64,000 nt of DNA from Haliotis rubra (taxonomy: Eukaryota), in the NCBI RefSeq assembly GCF_003918875.1, contig NW_025765114.1, positions 3,286,001 to 3,350,000 on the forward strand, written 5' to 3'. Each line of letters opens with the position of its first letter. Within the stretch, counting starts at the first letter, position 1. The notes beneath the pieces are model-generated. The model was not told the DNA's origin. It did no database searches and saw only the letters and a program-made list of their open reading frames with translations. The translations under genes and the position numbers were made by a program. Of this stretch, positions 1 to 11,579 are shown in pieces.

Positions 1-667
1 AACACTGAGACACTGATTGTTTCTTGATAAACTATCGCAGCCAGCAATACACATATCCATGCTGTTACCCCCCATACAGAAACCTCCCCTCTCAGTCTCG
101 CACGGGAAATGGTAAACCAGCAATTTTAGGCCTAACAAAGTCGTTTCAGTGGTCGCGAAGTCTTCCTGTAGAAACCTCGCTAAAGGAACGGAGGACACAA
201 ACTCAACTTCATCTGGAACCGGCTTGAAACCATCTGGTATAAAACCAACTACTGGGAATGCGGAATAATTTGGTTGGAAGAAGGTTGGGCCCAAGCAGCT
301 GACCACCTCTACTTGTGATGGGGGAAGTCCTATTTCTTCCTCAGCTTCTCGCATCGCTGTTGCAACGTCATCCACATCGTCTTCGTGTTTTCTCCCGCCC
401 GGAAAGGCTACAGTCGAGGCGTGATGACGTAATATGACTGAACGAAACGTCAGTAGCACATGTAGGGTGTCGTTCCGAAAAAAACAGAGGTACGAGCACG
501 CTGCTCCGCCGGAGATGATCATGCACAGAGTCAGGGAAGGTTTGGGAGGCCCGGATGTCGTACTTTTCCAAACGAGCTTTTACTTGATCGACAGTCGGTG
601 AACTCAGTGCGTAACTCGCCATCATCGACTTCCAGAGCAAAGTCGTTTCAGTTTCCTCCAGTGGCAT
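1..667 (-). pseudogene. Frameshifted tandem paralog of the NUDT7-like gene (3' end runs off window start); pseudogene, or intact gene with homopolymer assembly errors
   Basis: Aligns to 3730-4360. Has a +1 indel in the A-run at ~478-484, a -2 indel in the C-run at ~86-89 and an in-frame 6-bp deletion at ~215. ORF 368-667 matches the NUDT7 N-terminus (MMASY..SPTVDQVKARLEKYD...VLVPLFF) and then shifts frame. Confidence 0.75.
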
Positions 668-1180
668 CTAAATATAAAGACGGCCAACTGATATCTCACT
701 AAACATAACATCTCACTGTAACAGACAATGACTGTTATCTGTTCAAACACATGGTCTTTATCAACATGTCAGTGTGACTATCTTAAAACTGGGTCTGATA
801 AAGATGACGACTGAGTCATCTATCGACATATTCCATATCGAAGGCTTGGAACACCTTGACTTATGTTGTAATATTAATACATTCACATCAACAACGCGAT
901 AAACTCCACAGAGTTTCGACAGATGTAATGAAATAAATCAAAACAGAGGAATACCTCCAGCTATTGTCTACATGAAAAGGACATTAGGTATGTTGCCAAA
1001 TAAGAATGATGAATTGCAAAATAACTCAAACTCGGGAGTAGTCCCTTAAATGTCAATACAGTATACGGAAGGAACCCACCCCAACAATATTTGGGGGGTG
1101 GGGAGTGTAGGGGTGGTTTATTTTTATACCAATCTCTTGAAATGTTGTTCAGTTTAGAAACCGTTATGTTATCATTATGA

Positions 1181-1346
1181 CTGACTGACTGAGTTTGGTT
1201 TTACACCGCTTTTAGCAATATTCCAGCAACATCACGGCGGGGAACACCAGAAATGGGCTTCACACATTGTACCCTTGTCGGGATTCGAACCCGGGTCTTC
1301 GGCTTGACGAGCGAACGCTTTAACCACTAGGCTACCCCACCGCCCC
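1181..1346 (-). mobile_element. tRNA-headed SINE, family A
   Basis: Head GGGGCGGTGGGGTAGCCTAGTGGTTAAAGCG...GGGTTCGAATCCC (A/B boxes), (CAGT)n tail, 11-bp TSD TATCATTATGA (1170-1180/1347-1357). The paralogous site at ~4995 is empty. Confidence 0.92.
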
Positions 1347-1393
1347 TATCATTATGAGTACAAGTTGACATCTTTAAAAGAAGGAGGAACAAC

Positions 1394-2082
1394 TGTTATG
1401 AGAGCGGGTTTTTTGTAATTTGTAATATAATTGATTAAGTTATAGTTATTATTGGGTCACAATGTTTAACGTTTTGAGTGTGGGTTGTGGGTCACATTTC
1501 GCATCATATATGTTCAATGGCAATAGTAATTTAGCGGTACGCCTTTTTGATAGCGCTCCAGAGTTGCCTCCCTTGGCTTTATTTTGTTTTAAATGCCGAT
1601 CGCATGTTCGACGAATTTCGATAACTGAGTGGATAAAGATGCAGCCTATCTATACTAGAATGCTCGAGAACTGTGACAGAGCTATATAAAGGCTGGTTGT
1701 TGTGTTGTGCCACACGGAATCATACACGGACTTTTCATATCACTGGGGTTGTGTACATCTGTCTGCCATTGTTAATCAACATCGTTAAGACTTACTGTCC
1801 CTGCCTATTCGTCTACACTCATTGTATACAACCTTCAATCAATATATCTGCTCTCACTGTAAATGTCAAGACTCTGGTGAGTTAATATTTTATATTTGTG
1901 ACCCAATATTATAGATTTGTGACTCAATTGCATTGAACTAAGTATCAGTATTGTCATTCATTGTAGCTTGCTCATTGTTTGCTCAATATATTATTGAATA
2001 TTTTAGACTTGTCTGTGTTCTATTTTGCTGGTTCAAAGTGGCCTCTTATACCTTTTGTCATGGCAAATTGTTAACCATAACA
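1394..2082. mobile_element. Solo LTR (Gypsy-like by 4-bp TSD)
   Basis: TGTTAT...ATAACA termini, 4-bp TSD CAAC (1390-1393/2083-2086), internal TATATAAA at ~1683. The paralogous region at 5031-5050 has the uninterrupted site. Confidence 0.8.
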
Positions 2083-2150
2083 CAACGCAAACACACACAA
2101 GCTGCACAATACTGAGATTAATATTCGTCTCATAAAAATTGTTTTCTTAA

Positions 2151-2925
2151 TCAGAGATCTGAGCTGACAATACTCAGTCACCTTCTGGCTCATTCCAGAC
2201 GTTTGGGCAGATTATGAACACTATTCGTATGGGTGATTCCAGAGATCTGAGCTGTTGACTCTCAGTCACTTTCTGGCTTCTTCAAGACAGGTGGACATAT
2301 CATGAACCATCTTCATATGGCTGATTCCAGAGATCTCAGCAGATGACAGACCCTCAGTCACCTTCTGGATTATTCCAGACAGTTGGGCAGATCATGACCC
2401 GTCTTCATATGGCTGATTCCAGAGATCTGAGCTGATGGCCCTCAGTCACCTTCTGGCTTATTCCAGACATTTGGGCAGATCATGACCCGCCTTCGTATGG
2501 CTGATTCCAGAGATCTGAGCTGATGGCTCTCAGTCACCTTCTGGCTTATTCCAGACATTTGGGCAGATCATGTACCATCTTCGGAAGGTGATTCCAGAGA
2601 TCTGAGCGGATGGCCCTCAGTCACTTTCTGGCATATTCCAGGCAGTTGGGCAGATCATGAACCATCTTCGTATGGCTGATTAAAGAGATCAGAGCAGATG
2701 ACTGACCCTCAGTTCCCTTCTGGATTATTCCAGACAGGTGGGCAGATCAAGAACCATCTTCGTATGGCTGATTCCAGAAATCTGAGCGGATGACCGACAC
2801 TCAGTCACCTTCTGGCTTCTTCAAGGCAGTTGGGTAGATCAAGAACCATCTTCGTATGGCCGATTCCAGAGATCAGGGCGGATGATCCCCAGTCACCTTG
2901 CTTATTTCAAACAGCTGAACTGATC
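2151..2925. repeat. Minisatellite, ~88-92 bp unit, ~9 copies
   Basis: CCAGAGATCTGAGC...CTCAGTCACCTTCTGG recurs at 2239, 2327, 2419, 2507, 2593, 2773, 2866. Confidence 0.95.
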
Positions 2926-3633
2926 AACCAGCAACCTGGATCGTCTAAAACGATCGTCCTATTTGTGTGGTCCAAGAGTCCGTTACTTACAGGTCGCCAT
3001 TTACAGCTTGAATAGTGCTTCATCAAACATCAAACACATCTGACTGTCCACCCGCATGCCTGCTTTCACACAACGGCATCCGGCATCCGCTGCAGCGGGT
3101 AGAATTCATGAAACAGTGTCGACTCAGGATGCACACCCACTTGGAACAAACATGTTGAACAAAGCTCTGCATGAAAACACATAACCAAACTACAGTATAC
3201 ACACACATACATATATATTATTTCAGAGACAAAAATATGTGTCAGCACCCGTATATATAGAGAGAAATGTAGAAACAAGGCTCTACAATCAAAGTATAGA
3301 AACGTTATAAATATAATCAAGTGAGAGTTCATTATCCATGGAAGGATACGTTCACCCAAACCTTACGTAGTCAATTCGCAACCAGCTTTAATTGAATCCT
3401 AGCTATCCATAGTATTTAAATTAAATCAGCTTGTATACGTTGGCCACTCTCGAGATGGCGAAGAGTATGGACAAACAAGCCTACAGAAAATTAATCATAA
3501 ACGATAATAACATTCTACCGATCAGCAGATCCTAACACAGCTAAGGGACACAACAAATTTGTGCAACCCTTGATCCCGATCATCACGTGGCGAAATATCC
3601 TTGGATGTCAAAAGTCATTTCACTTCCTGAAAA

Positions 3634-4356
3634 TCAAAGTTTGTGTTGAGGCTTTGTGTTTTCACACATGTATAAGAAGAAATCTTCTAATTCCTTGGCT
3701 AGATCCTTGCTCGCGTTGCTGTTGCTGAAAAAGGAGATACTGAATGTTTCTTGGTAAACAATGGCAGCCAACAATACACATATCCATGCTGTTCCCCCCC
3801 ATACAGAAACCTCCCCCCTCTCAGTCTCGCACGGGAAATGACAAATAAAGATCTTTCGGCCTAACAATGTCGTTTCAGTGGTCGCGAAGTCTTCCTGTAG
3901 AAACCTCGCTAAAGGAACGGAGAACACAAACTCAACTTCATCTGTGTTTGGAACCGGCTTGAAACCATCTGGTATAAAACCAACTACTGGGAATGCGGAA
4001 TAATTTGGTCGGAAGAAGGTTGGGCCCAAGCAGCTGACCACCTCTACTTGTGATGGGGGAAGTCCTATTTCTTCCTCAGCTTCTCGTAGCGCTGTTGCAA
4101 CGTCATCCACATCGTCTTCGTTTTTTCTCCCGCCCGGAAAGGCTACAGTCGAGGCGTGATGACGTAATGTGGCCGAACGAAGCGTCAGTAGGACATGTAG
4201 GGTGTCGTTCCGGAAAAACAGAGGTACGAGCACGCTGCTCCGCCGGAGATGATCATGCACAGAGTCAGGGAAGGTTTGGGAGGCCCGGATGTCGTACTTT
4301 TCCAAACGAGCTTTTACTTGATCCACAGTCGGTGAACTCACGTAACTCGCCATCAT
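3634..4356 (-). CDS. NUDT7: Peroxisomal coenzyme A diphosphatase (Nudix, NUDT7-like), 240 aa, intronless
   Basis: CoA-pyrophosphatase motif LLTLRSATLRHHASTVAFPGG directly before the Nudix box (GGRKNEDDVDDVATALREAEEEIG); PNTDEVEFVFSVPL and VWGGTA motifs; C-terminal -HKL, a PTS1 variant that favours NUDT7 over NUDT8. Confidence 0.9.
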   Translation of the reverse strand: MMASYVSSPTVDQVKARLEKYDIRASQTFPDSVHDHLRRSSVLVPLFFRNDTLHVLLTLRSATLRHHASTVAFPGGRKNEDDVDDVATALREAEEEIGLPPSQVEVVSCLGPTFFRPNYSAFPVVGFIPDGFKPVPNTDEVEFVFSVPLARFLQEDFATTETTLLGRKIFICHFPCETERGEVSVWGGTAWICVLLAAIVYQETFSISFFSNSNASKDLAKELEDFFLYMCENTKPQHKL

Positions 4357-4390
4357 CGACTTCTAGCAGCATCAGAGGAATCCTGCAATG

Positions 4391-4597
4391 ACATCAACAT
4401 ATTAAGACGGCCAACTGATATCTCGGTATACATAAACTGTAACCGACAATGCCTGATATCCGTACCGACACATAGTCTGTATCTCCATGTTAACATCAAC
4501 ATATTAAGACGGCCAACTGATATCTCAGTATACATAAACTGTAACCGACAATGCCTGATATCCGTACCGACACATAGTCTGTATCTCCATGTTAACA
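4391..4597. repeat. 102-bp direct tandem duplication upstream of NUDT7
   Basis: ACATCAACATATTAAGACGG... starts at 4391 and 4493 with one mismatch seen; single-copy in the paralog (~670-775). Confidence 0.93.
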
Positions 4598-5198
4598 TGA
4601 CTATCTACAAATAGGGACTGATAATGATGACGACTGAGTCATATATCGACACATTCCATATCGAAGGCTTACAACACCTTCACGTCATGTTGTAATATTA
4701 ATATATTCACATCAACAGCGCAAAAAACTATATAGAGTTTCGACAAATGTGATAAAATAAATCCGATGAATACCTCCAGCTATTGTCTACATGATAAGTA
4801 TATTCCGTTTGTTTCTAAATAAGAACGATGAATTGCAAAATAACTCAAAAACGGGAGTAGTTCCTTTAATGTCAATACAACATACTACAATGAACACCCT
4901 GGGTTTATTTCTTTGTGTTGTTGTTGTGGTGGTGGTTTTTCAGTTAATTTTATACCAATCACTTAAAATGTAGTTCAATTTATAAACCGTCATGTTATCA
5001 TTATGTGTACCAGTTGACATCTTTAACGGAAGGAGGAACAACGCAAACACGCATGCGCTACACAACGGTACTGGGGTTGATAATTGTCTCATCAAAATGT
5101 TTTTCTTAAGCCGACTCGTTTGTCGTCGAAATTGCTTGAGTCACTGCTGATATCACAACAGCAGGTGGGACTGTCGCTTGCTGAAGTCTATCATATGA

Positions 5199-5555
5199 TA
5201 CCGCCTCCGTGGTGTAGTGGTTAGAGCGTCCGCCCGGAGAGCGGAAGGTCGCGGGTTCGATCCCCGACCGCGTCATACCAAAAGACGTTAAAATATGGTA
5301 CTTGTTGGTGCCTGCCTGGCGCTCGGCATTAATGGGTACAACAAGGACTGGTCGGCTCGGAGTCAGTTTAATGTGTCTGAGTGGGGTATTCATGCTTCAC
5401 TGCGGCATGGTATCTCAGTGGGCTAGCACTATAAAACCAGCTTAAGTCTGGGCTAGTACAAGTAGCCGCACATACACATACACACGCATGCACGTCGTCA
5501 TATGAGCGGAATATTCTCAAGCACGACGTAAAACCCAATTTCACATCACATCACA
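5199..5555 (+). mobile_element. tRNA-headed SINE, family B (~355 bp)
   Basis: Head CCGCCTCCGTGGTGTAGTGGTTAGAGCG...GGGTTCGATCCC, central GTCATACCAAAAGACGTTAAAATATGGTAC block, (TCACA)n tail, 12-bp TSD TCTATCATATGA. Confidence 0.93.
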
Positions 5556-5963
5556 TCTATCATATGACCATAATTTTGACTCACGCAACGCTGCCACGTC
5601 TCCACTGTTACCCTACCAAGGGAGTCATCTACTAGCTTTTCAATATCCCAACGTCGCGTTTAACGACACCCCATATGATCTCTATCGGATTCAGATCGAC
5701 ATTTTAAGGCGACCTTGACCTTTGATGGAATCGTCAAAGATACACACGGGCTAATGTTTGTTAGATTTGATGGAGTTGTGGTTTTGTAGCCGTGGAAGGA
5801 AAAGTTACCGTTACCACGTCACCATATGTCCTTTAGCTTTAGGGCGATTATACCTCGGGACTTTGCTGTGTTAGTCTCGCATACTGTGATCTGTTGCATT
5901 GTCCGTGATAATGAGGGATGTGGCAGGCAATACAGGGACCAGTGTATTTTCACCCAATCCAGT

Positions 5964-6212
5964 ACCCGTGAAGGTACGGGTTAGATTCAGCCTTCAGTAA
6001 CCCATGCTTGTCGTAAGAGGCGACTAACGGAATCGGGTGGTCAGGCTCGCTGGCTTGGTTGACACCGGTCATCGGTTCCCAATTGCGCAGATCGATGCTC
6101 ATGCTGTTAATCACTGGATTGTCCGATCCAGACTCGATTATTTACAGACCGCCGCCATATAGCTGGAATATTGCTGAGTGCGGCGTAAAACTAAACTCAC
6201 TCACTCAACCAA
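5964..6212 (+). mobile_element. Non-tRNA SINE-like retroposon, family C (~245 bp)
   Basis: Multi-copy in window, (CACT)n tail, TSD CCAATCCAG (5954-5962/6213-6221), structured 5' head. Confidence 0.88.
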
Positions 6213-6774
6213 CCAATCCAGAAATATCTTGCCGTTCTTTTCTGTGTGGTTGGTATTTCTTCAAAAGTCTTTCACTGCCAAGTATACCGTATTGACATTT
6301 AATATACTATTCTCGATTTTTATTTATATTGCAATTCATCGTTCTCATTTCGAGACAAACGGACTGAAGGTCTTGTCTGTATGCACCATTTTCGCTCATT
6401 ATGTTTTATCAGACATTTATCAGAGCTATCTTCCTTAACTCCAGAACAACTTCCTTAGCAATCTGATAAAACACAGAACACACTGGCCGCGTTATGCTTT
6501 GAGGTCACAACAAGTGAGGGACTTTGCCATGTGGATAGAAGGTAAGAATCCGGTCTCAGTCAAACCTAGTATTTGACATCTGTTACTCATTTTATTTAAT
6601 AGGTTGTTTGATGTAAACAACACACTTTGTGACAGGGCTATAATTTTAAGTAATATCATGCCTGGCCTGTTTCTGTGGTCACCCCCGCACTGACGTCCGA
6701 AGCTAAATCAATCAAAGAAATATCCTTTCTTATTTTCCCGACACACTCTTTCGTTGAATTTCAATTGGAATGAG

Positions 6775-7130
6775 GTGAGGTGAAATTGGGTTTAACGTCG
6801 TGTTTGAGAATATTTCGCTCATATGACGACGTGCATGCGTGTGTATGTGTATGTATGTGCGGCTGCTTGTACTAGCCCAGACTTAAGCTGGTTTTATAGT
6901 GCTAGCCCACTGAGATACCATGCCGCAGTGAAGCATGAATACCCCACTCAGACACATTATACTGATTCCGAGCTGACCAGTCCTTGTTGTACCCATTAAT
7001 GCCGAGCGCCAAGCAGGGACCAACAAGTACCATATTTTAACGTCTTTTGGTATGACGCGGTCGAGGATCGAACCCGCGACCTTCCGCTCTCTGGGCGGAC
7101 GCTCTAACCACTACACCACGGAGGCGGTCC
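6775..7130 (-). mobile_element. SINE family B
   Basis: Reverse complement of 5199-5555; 14-bp TSD TCAATTGGAATGAG. Confidence 0.93.
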
Positions 7131-7416
7131 TCAATTGGAATGAGTGAGTGATATAAGAACTGATGAGCTATATAACAACGGCCTTTGAACAATCGGATAC
7201 GGACCAGACAAACTGTAAGGGTGAATAACAAAATACGGTTCCTTAATCCTGACCTCTGAATCTTATTCAGTCCGGTGTTCTGACAAGCATGGGGGCGAAT
7301 CCAGACAGTGACTCAGCAAAATTCTGCATATATGCCTGACCTAATCGTGTGTCAGCACAAACCATAACATGTCAGGCTAACGTGGACATATCTTTACTAG
7401 CTCATTGGGAATACCT

Positions 7417-7649
7417 GACCCGTGAAGATCCGGGTTAGAATTGATCTTCAGTAACCCATGCTTGTCATAAGTGGCTAACGGGATAGGGTGGTCAGGCTCG
7501 CTGGCTTGGTTGACAAATGTCATCGGTTCTCAATTGCGTAGATCGATGCTCATGCTGTCGATCACTGGATTGTCTGGTCCAGACTCGATTATTTGCAGAT
7601 TGATAGCTGGAATATTGCCGAGTGGTGGCGTTATACAACAATCAATTAA
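7417..7649 (+). mobile_element. SINE-like family C
   Basis: Starts GACCCGTGAAGATCCGGGTTAG; degenerate TSD TCATTGGGAATACCT/TCATTGGGCATATCT. Confidence 0.85.
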
Positions 7650-9182
7650 TCATTGGGCATATCTAAAACTGACGCGTGTCACTAAGTTTACGTCGGATGC
7701 AAATCCTACATATAATTTGATTTTGTGTGTTTAGAGTTAACAATTGACTTGACTTTGCATATGTTTGTGACGGGTGACATAGGAGTTATAGGTCATGCTC
7801 ACCTTCTCGCTAACAACTGGCATCACCGTTGATTCAGAGAAAATCATAAAGTTACGTTCGGGATACGGACGGAATCGTACGTTGTCTCTGAGTTCTGCGG
7901 AGATTTCCTACGATTCTGGAAATTGTTTTGTCGAGTTTAAGTGGTTTTTTTCTATAATCAATGACATACATCACATTAGACAATGCGTAGACAATGCGTT
8001 GTCCACGCCATCATGTCGCTCACGATTACTGTGTTAAACTTCAGCAATCAGTGGCCGTGTGTCGTCTTCCTAACGCTCGATGGTGCAACAGCTCTACGAC
8101 ACTGAACTAGGTGATCGTCGGTCATTACCGACAACACACCGATATTTTTCATGTTTAACCGATGTGCAGTTGGCCCATTTGGCCCAATAGGCATAGGCGC
8201 GGGTTCGAATCCTGTTCACCCGTGATGAGTAATGGTCTGTGAGCGTTGTAGCCGCGCTTGTGGTTTCACCAATGGGATACGCGGAAAGACATTTGTCTTT
8301 GTATATTAAACTGACATGCTGTGATATACGTAAAACATAAGCGGCAGTTAAACCATAACTCGGAGTCTGTGAACTGCACGTTTTCACTAACGTAACACGT
8401 GTCAGGCCAGGTTACTTGGTGACCTTTGACCCACTTTGTCCCGTTCAAATAACGGTATAGTTCAGCCACACGAGTGTTACTCGATAAGATAGGGGGACCT
8501 ACTGTTGAATAATTAGATAAGATGGTGCAATACCAGATTAGTACTACTTATAATTATCACATCGGCTCGGCGTATTATGTAATAATCCGGCTGTATGTTG
8601 GGGTGAGCGGAGGGGGGAGGGGTGTGTGGTGGAGTGGAAGGTTGGGGAAGGCTAAAATCCCTATCCACGTTTCAAACTAACACATGACAGAAGAACTTAT
8701 TATTATGATTATTTATTATTATCAACTGTCACGCGGATTCAACCCCTGAAGAAGCACGATGTAAGAACAATTCTGGTCTTAACACTCGTTCGCAGAACAG
8801 GAAGTTGTTGGTCCAGCTTACCACCAATTGAAAACAATTGATCGCATTGCTAAACGATACTCATTCATTGGTCCTCAACATGCGGTATGTTTACATGAAA
8901 CATTACCCAAGCTTCCAGCGACAAAAACGTGCCATTCATTTCGGTGCCCTGTCATTATTTCCCAATGACATATATGAATTTAACCTGCATCGGAGATCCA
9001 ACTGTATGAAGGCGCCATGTGTTGTCTGCATATGTATGCTTTTACACGCTGAGCTTTGCAGCTGACAGTAAAAAGCAGTTACGGATATAGTGCCTGTACC
9101 TAGCGGCACTCATGTGTGCTATTAAACATTACGTACACATTTATACACGTAAATTGAGATTATTGAAGTACATTATATAATA

Positions 9183-9332
9183 GGGGCGGTGGGGTAGCCT
9201 CGTGATTAAGCGTTCGCTCGTCACGCCGAGAACCCCGGTTCGATTCCCCACATGGGTTCAATGTGTGAAAACCACGACCTCGCCGTGATATTGCTGGATT
9301 TTTGCTAAAGCGGCGTAAAACAAAGCTCACTC
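9183..9332 (+). mobile_element. SINE family A
   Basis: Same head and tail as 1181-1346; 13-bp TSD ACATTATATAATA. Confidence 0.9.
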
Positions 9333-9869
9333 ACATTATATAATATATTTACAAGGGATGTGAACATACTTTAATGCTTTTGTCGGTTTTGTTTGTTGTT
9401 TAACGCACCACTCAGCAACTTCCCAGCTATATGACGGTTGTCTGAAACTAATTGAGCTGGGACCAGACAATCCAGTGACTGGATATATTACTGTACGAAC
9501 CTTCATTAAGAGCATATGTTTACTTCAAGGACTGTATATATACATGTTAATTTCAGCGGAAAATCAGTTATGGTCCACGTGTCGATTTACACAGACTTCA
9601 TTATTTATGCATATCCAGATAATAATTATGTACTATGCTTCGGCGTTTACTTTGCCAAAAGAAATAGTATAAAGTTAATTTACAAACGTGTAATACAGAT
9701 TCACTGACGGGGAATCACTGACATTTTCCTTTTGACGAAGGGACAGGATAAAGAATCATTACATAATAGTTGGGAAAGATTCCGAATTATCTACTTAAAT
9801 GTTAAGTGTGAAGCTCCCCCAACTTAACTGTGCTTCCATATACAGAGATAGTTCCACAGAATGTCCCTA

Positions 9870-10400
9870 TAAATAAAGAGTGACGTCATGGTTACATTAT
9901 TAGTGCCATCTGAGTATCCACCAGTAGGATATAGGGTATAACAACACGGGAAGATTTCAGCCAATGAAAATGCTGGTTACTTGTAGTTAGGCCGCTGTGT
10001 TCGCGATAGCGTATTCAGAAACGACTTGACGAACAACAGCTCACATGACCCTCCGCAATAGGGAAAAGGATTTTCAATTGGACAATTAAAATTTGGAAAG
10101 ACAGTATTGGATTTAATCATCCTGGATTAAAGGAATGTTAGTGGAACGTTTACAACAATAGGAAATTGTACAAATGCAAAATAAGAACCCTTTTCTCCCA
10201 AAACAAGGTACGTGAAAATATTCAACATGGCGGCTGCTCATGAATTAGACTCTACGGTACGGCCTCGACCTACTGACTGACTTTAAGCGAAGCAGACGAT
10301 TTTTGTCTTCTGTCTTCCAAATAATATTGTCATCGGTAATGTGTTATTTGAGTAAGTAATAGAGGGACATTAGACACGGAAAAGCTGATAAGTAAGTAGC
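9870..10400 (+). promoter_or_regulatory. Putative NFAT5 promoter and non-coding first exon
   Basis: CRE TGACGTCA (9881), CCAAT box (AGCCAATG ~9959), YY1-type AACATGGCGGC (~10224), GTAAGT donors (~10353, ~10391), local CpG enrichment. The first coding exon at 15219 has an acceptor, so an upstream exon is required. Confidence 0.45.
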
Positions 10401-11335
10401 TGATTTTTACTGCACGATGGAGTCACTGTCTGCGATTGGTAGATCTCGCCACATCCACTTACGAATGTCTGGTGGCAGTAGATATAGTACATTGATACAT
10501 GAAGGCATGACAGCTCCGATTAGTAACAGAAGAGTTCTTTGCCTTTATAATGTGACATTTCTTATGCTGTTTCGTTGACAATTAATCATACAGAACGCTC
10601 GTATATCTTACCGATATGAGGCCCTTTCGGGGGGTGCGACGGGTCACAGGTCAAGGCCGTCATAGTGCCCCGTCTATTAATAGAAACACGTAAACAAGAT
10701 TCACTGAACGATCGATCTTGCCTTGATTAATATGTAATGTATTAGAAGAATTTAACATTCGTTGCTTTAATTTTTAATGGTGTAAAAAAATTAATTAATT
10801 GCAATCATATGAGGAAGTATTAAATATTTTTTAAGTTAAGGTGTGTAATACATAATTAGATCTCTATCACAAACCTATCAGTGTGTATGTAATTTATGTA
10901 TTTACAGTGGATAGGTTGGATAATTTATCTGTTTGACACAATCGTTGCATACATCTGTAATATTTGCATATTTACCTGAGTAAAAATAATGTAATTATTT
11001 TTAGATTTTAAAAGCTTGTTTTTTAAAAGCTTTGATTGACACTATTATGCCACTTAAGCATATTACCTTTGATACAAAAGAATGAAGTTCGATTCAGAGA
11101 TAAATATCTTAAACGATATAACTTGAGTGGTACTATGAACATTATATAAATACAAAACCTTTTATGCATATGTTATGAATATAGTTAGCCGTTTCATTTT
11201 CATGTTGTCTTGTAGGGTTGTTTCAAATAGGGCCCATGCAATCAGTGCTCCTCATAAGAGGCAACTGATGAATCTGGTGGTCATGCTCACTGATTTGGTC
11301 GATTACATGTCATTTTAGTCATTGAGGGACATATT

Positions 11336-11579
11336 GAGTGAGTGAGTTAAGTTTTACATGGCACACAGCAATGTTCCAGCTATATGGCAATGGTTTGTAC
11401 ATAATCGAGTCTGGACCAGACAATCCAGTGATCAACATCATGAGCATCGATCTGTGCAATTGGGAACAATGACATGTGCCAACCAAGTCAGCGAGCCTGA
11501 CCACCCGACCCCGTTAGTCGCCTCTTACGACAAGCATGGGTTACTGAAGATCAAATCTAACCCGTATCTTCATGGGTCT
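11336..11579 (-). mobile_element. SINE-like family C
   Basis: Full-length reverse-complement copy with (GAGT)n tail. Confidence 0.87.

Noticed and set aside
2151-2925. Hammerhead/retrozyme-like satellite (CTGATG inside a hairpin)
   Set aside because: No conserved CUGANGA plus GAAA and UH arrangement; the CTGATG lies in a variable loop.
5199-5275. tRNA genes (also 1280-1346, 9183-9250, ~8170-8215)
   Set aside because: The A/B-box heads run into repeated bodies with tails and TSDs, so they are SINEs; the ~8.2 kb one is only a degenerate B box.
5106-5393. Recurrent short ORFs (MNTPLRHI..., ...[16 protein letters not shown]...)
   Set aside because: Chance translations of SINE copies.
5964-6045. 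Canonical HDV-like or pistol ribozyme call for the family C head
   Set aside because: Only ~5 nt lie where P3/L3 must be, and pistol's P2 strand is absent; kept as an unclassified candidate.
10226-10280. ATG GCG GCT as the NFAT5 start codon
   Set aside because: The frame stops after 17 codons and the nearby GT is out of phase with exon 15219; better read as a YY1 motif or uORF.
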